This document shows positions 50,304 to 51,430 of a DNA stretch of 51,430 bases, one piece after another. A program made the translations under genes and the position numbers. Source of the DNA: Gemmatimonadota bacterium (lineage in GTDB: Bacteria; Gemmatimonadota; Gemmatimonadetes; Gemmatimonadales; Gemmatimonadaceae). Each line of letters opens with the position of its first letter. The first letter of the stretch is position 1. The notes beneath the pieces are model-generated. The model was given only the letters and a program-made list of their open reading frames with translations. It ran no database searches and was not told the origin of the DNA. The stretch covers positions 1 through 51,430 of the forward strand of contig JANMLN010000018.1 in the NCBI GenBank assembly GCA_031372565.1, given 5' to 3'.

Positions 50304-50330
50304 GTGCCGCGCGAAGCGTTCGCGCGGCAC
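50304..50330. terminator. Perfect 12-bp hairpin between convergent genes
   Basis: GTGCCGCGCGAA-gcg-TTCGCGCGGCAC; no U-tract. Confidence 0.5.
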
Positions 50331-50342
50331 GTCGCGATCCCG

Positions 50343-51248
50343 CTACGCGCCCGCGGTGGCGGTCAGTCCCGCCTCGGCCAGCAACGCCTCCACACGCGCG
50401 ATCCCCGCCGCGTCCAGCGGCAGCAGCGGTCCGCGCGGCATGCCGCCGTGGAGCCCCACGCGATCCATCGCCACCTTGACCGCCGGCACGCCCATCACGC
50501 CCACGATCTCCTTGGCCATCGGAAAGAGCACCGCCTGCGTGCGCGCGGCGCTCGACGTATCGCCAGCCTTCATGGCGTCGTACGTCGCCTTCGCGAGCGC
50601 TCCCGCAAACAGCGAGACGGCCAGGATGCCGCCGCGTGCGCCGGCGGCCATTCCTTCCGCCAGCGCCTGACCGCTCCCCGTCATCACGGCGAACGTCGGC
50701 GACTGGTGCACCAGGTACTGCTTGAGCAGTTCGAGATCGCCGCTCGAGTCCTTCATGCCGATCACGTTCGGGTGCTGCGCCATCTCGCCCATGAGCGCCG
50801 GCGGAAACACGAAGTGCGTGTACTTCGGAATGTTGTAGACCAGGATCGGCAGCGGCGCTGCATCCGCCACCCTCGTGAAGTGCGCCCGCAGCACGTCCGC
50901 CGTCATGTTCGGCGTGTAGTAGTGCGGCGACACGACCAGCGCCGCGTCGGCACCGAGCCGCGCAGCATCGCTGTTGCGCGTGAGCGCCTGCCGCGTGCTC
51001 TCGGCCCCCGTCGCCACGATCAGCCACTTGTCCGCGGGCACCTCCGCACGCGCCACCTCGATGAGCGCGCACCGTTCATCGTCGAGCACGAGCGGGTTCT
51101 CTCCCGTGGATCCGCACAGCACCACGCCGTCGAGACCAACCGCGAGGTGTGCGCGCACGTTCGCGCGAAAGGCATCCAGATCCAGGGCACCATCGGTCGT
51201 GAATGTCGTCACGACCGGGGCCATCACTCCCTGCAACACCTTCGGCAT
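50343..51248 (-). CDS. Dihydrodipicolinate synthase family aldolase
   Basis: GSTGE, ATGAEST, PHYY, YNIP, Schiff-base GMKDSSG. Start ATG 51248; substrate unknown. Confidence 0.9.
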   Translation of the reverse strand: MPKVLQGVMAPVVTTFTTDGALDLDAFRANVRAHLAVGLDGVVLCGSTGENPLVLDDERCALIEVARAEVPADKWLIVATGAESTRQALTRNSDAARLGADAALVVSPHYYTPNMTADVLRAHFTRVADAAPLPILVYNIPKYTHFVFPPALMGEMAQHPNVIGMKDSSGDLELLKQYLVHQSPTFAVMTGSGQALAEGMAAGARGGILAVSLFAGALAKATYDAMKAGDTSSAARTQAVLFPMAKEIVGVMGVPAVKVAMDRVGLHGGMPRGPLLPLDAAGIARVEALLAEAGLTATAGA

Positions 51249-51288
51249 CGTCGTCTCGCGTGCGGGTAAGCTCGGCGCCGTCCGGCGT

Positions 51289-51429
51289 TCAAGCGGAGGG
51301 TTCGTCGTCCAGGAATGAGTTCGAGCTGTGCGAGCCGCGGGGCAACTCAAGATCGACAAGGCGTTGCCGCGGCTCATCGAACGTATCAATCATGGCGGAG
51401 TCGAAGGCGAACTGGCTGCACAGTCCGCC
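51289..51429 (-). CDS. Possible 3' end of a gene running off the window
   Basis: Open frame GGLCSQFAFDSAMIDTFDEPRQRLVDLELPRG...EPSA*; too short to identify. Confidence 0.35.
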   Translation of the reverse strand, partial: GGLCSQFAFDSAMIDTFDEPRQRLVDLELPRGSHSSNSFLDDEPSA

Positions 51430-51430
51430 G

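Noticed and set aside
50343..51248. Calling this gene dapA
   Set aside because: The family is clear, but GSTGE/GAEST and the lack of lysine-pathway neighbours leave the substrate open.

Overview
A high-GC bacterial chromosomal window with about 45 tightly packed genes. I found no rRNA, tRNA, CRISPR array or transposase. Gene content suggests Gemmatimonadota (inference from homodimeric GlyRS, YpdA, Hanks kinases and many secreted peptidases). Main blocks: (1) a lipoprotein amidase divergent from an FHA / Ser-Thr kinase / PP2C / FHA-trypsin-protease operon that converges on murQ-anmK-nagZ; (2) a beta-barrel / ggt / ABC exporter / Kelch / serine hydrolase / S9 peptidase run; (3) ECF sigma, anti-sigma, a TIGR00300-like enzyme and a Fur-family regulator; (4) pheA-aroF-chorismate mutase behind an unannotated Tyr/Phe-rich leader peptide with a full protector/antiterminator/terminator attenuator; (5) a GAF histidine kinase / small protein / ubiquitin-like protein / deacetylase / CorA / Ser-Thr kinase / epimerase / priA run; (6) M20 peptidase, glyQS, ypdA, purA, pepN and a DapA-family gene. 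Non-coding signals include a REP-like GNA-loop hairpin family (about 10 copies; it supplies two stop codons and one in-frame N-terminal insert), a repeated -10-then-start-codon pattern suggesting leaderless mRNAs, and a terminator-like hairpin at the predicted purA start site. All calls come from motif recognition by eye; no searches were run.
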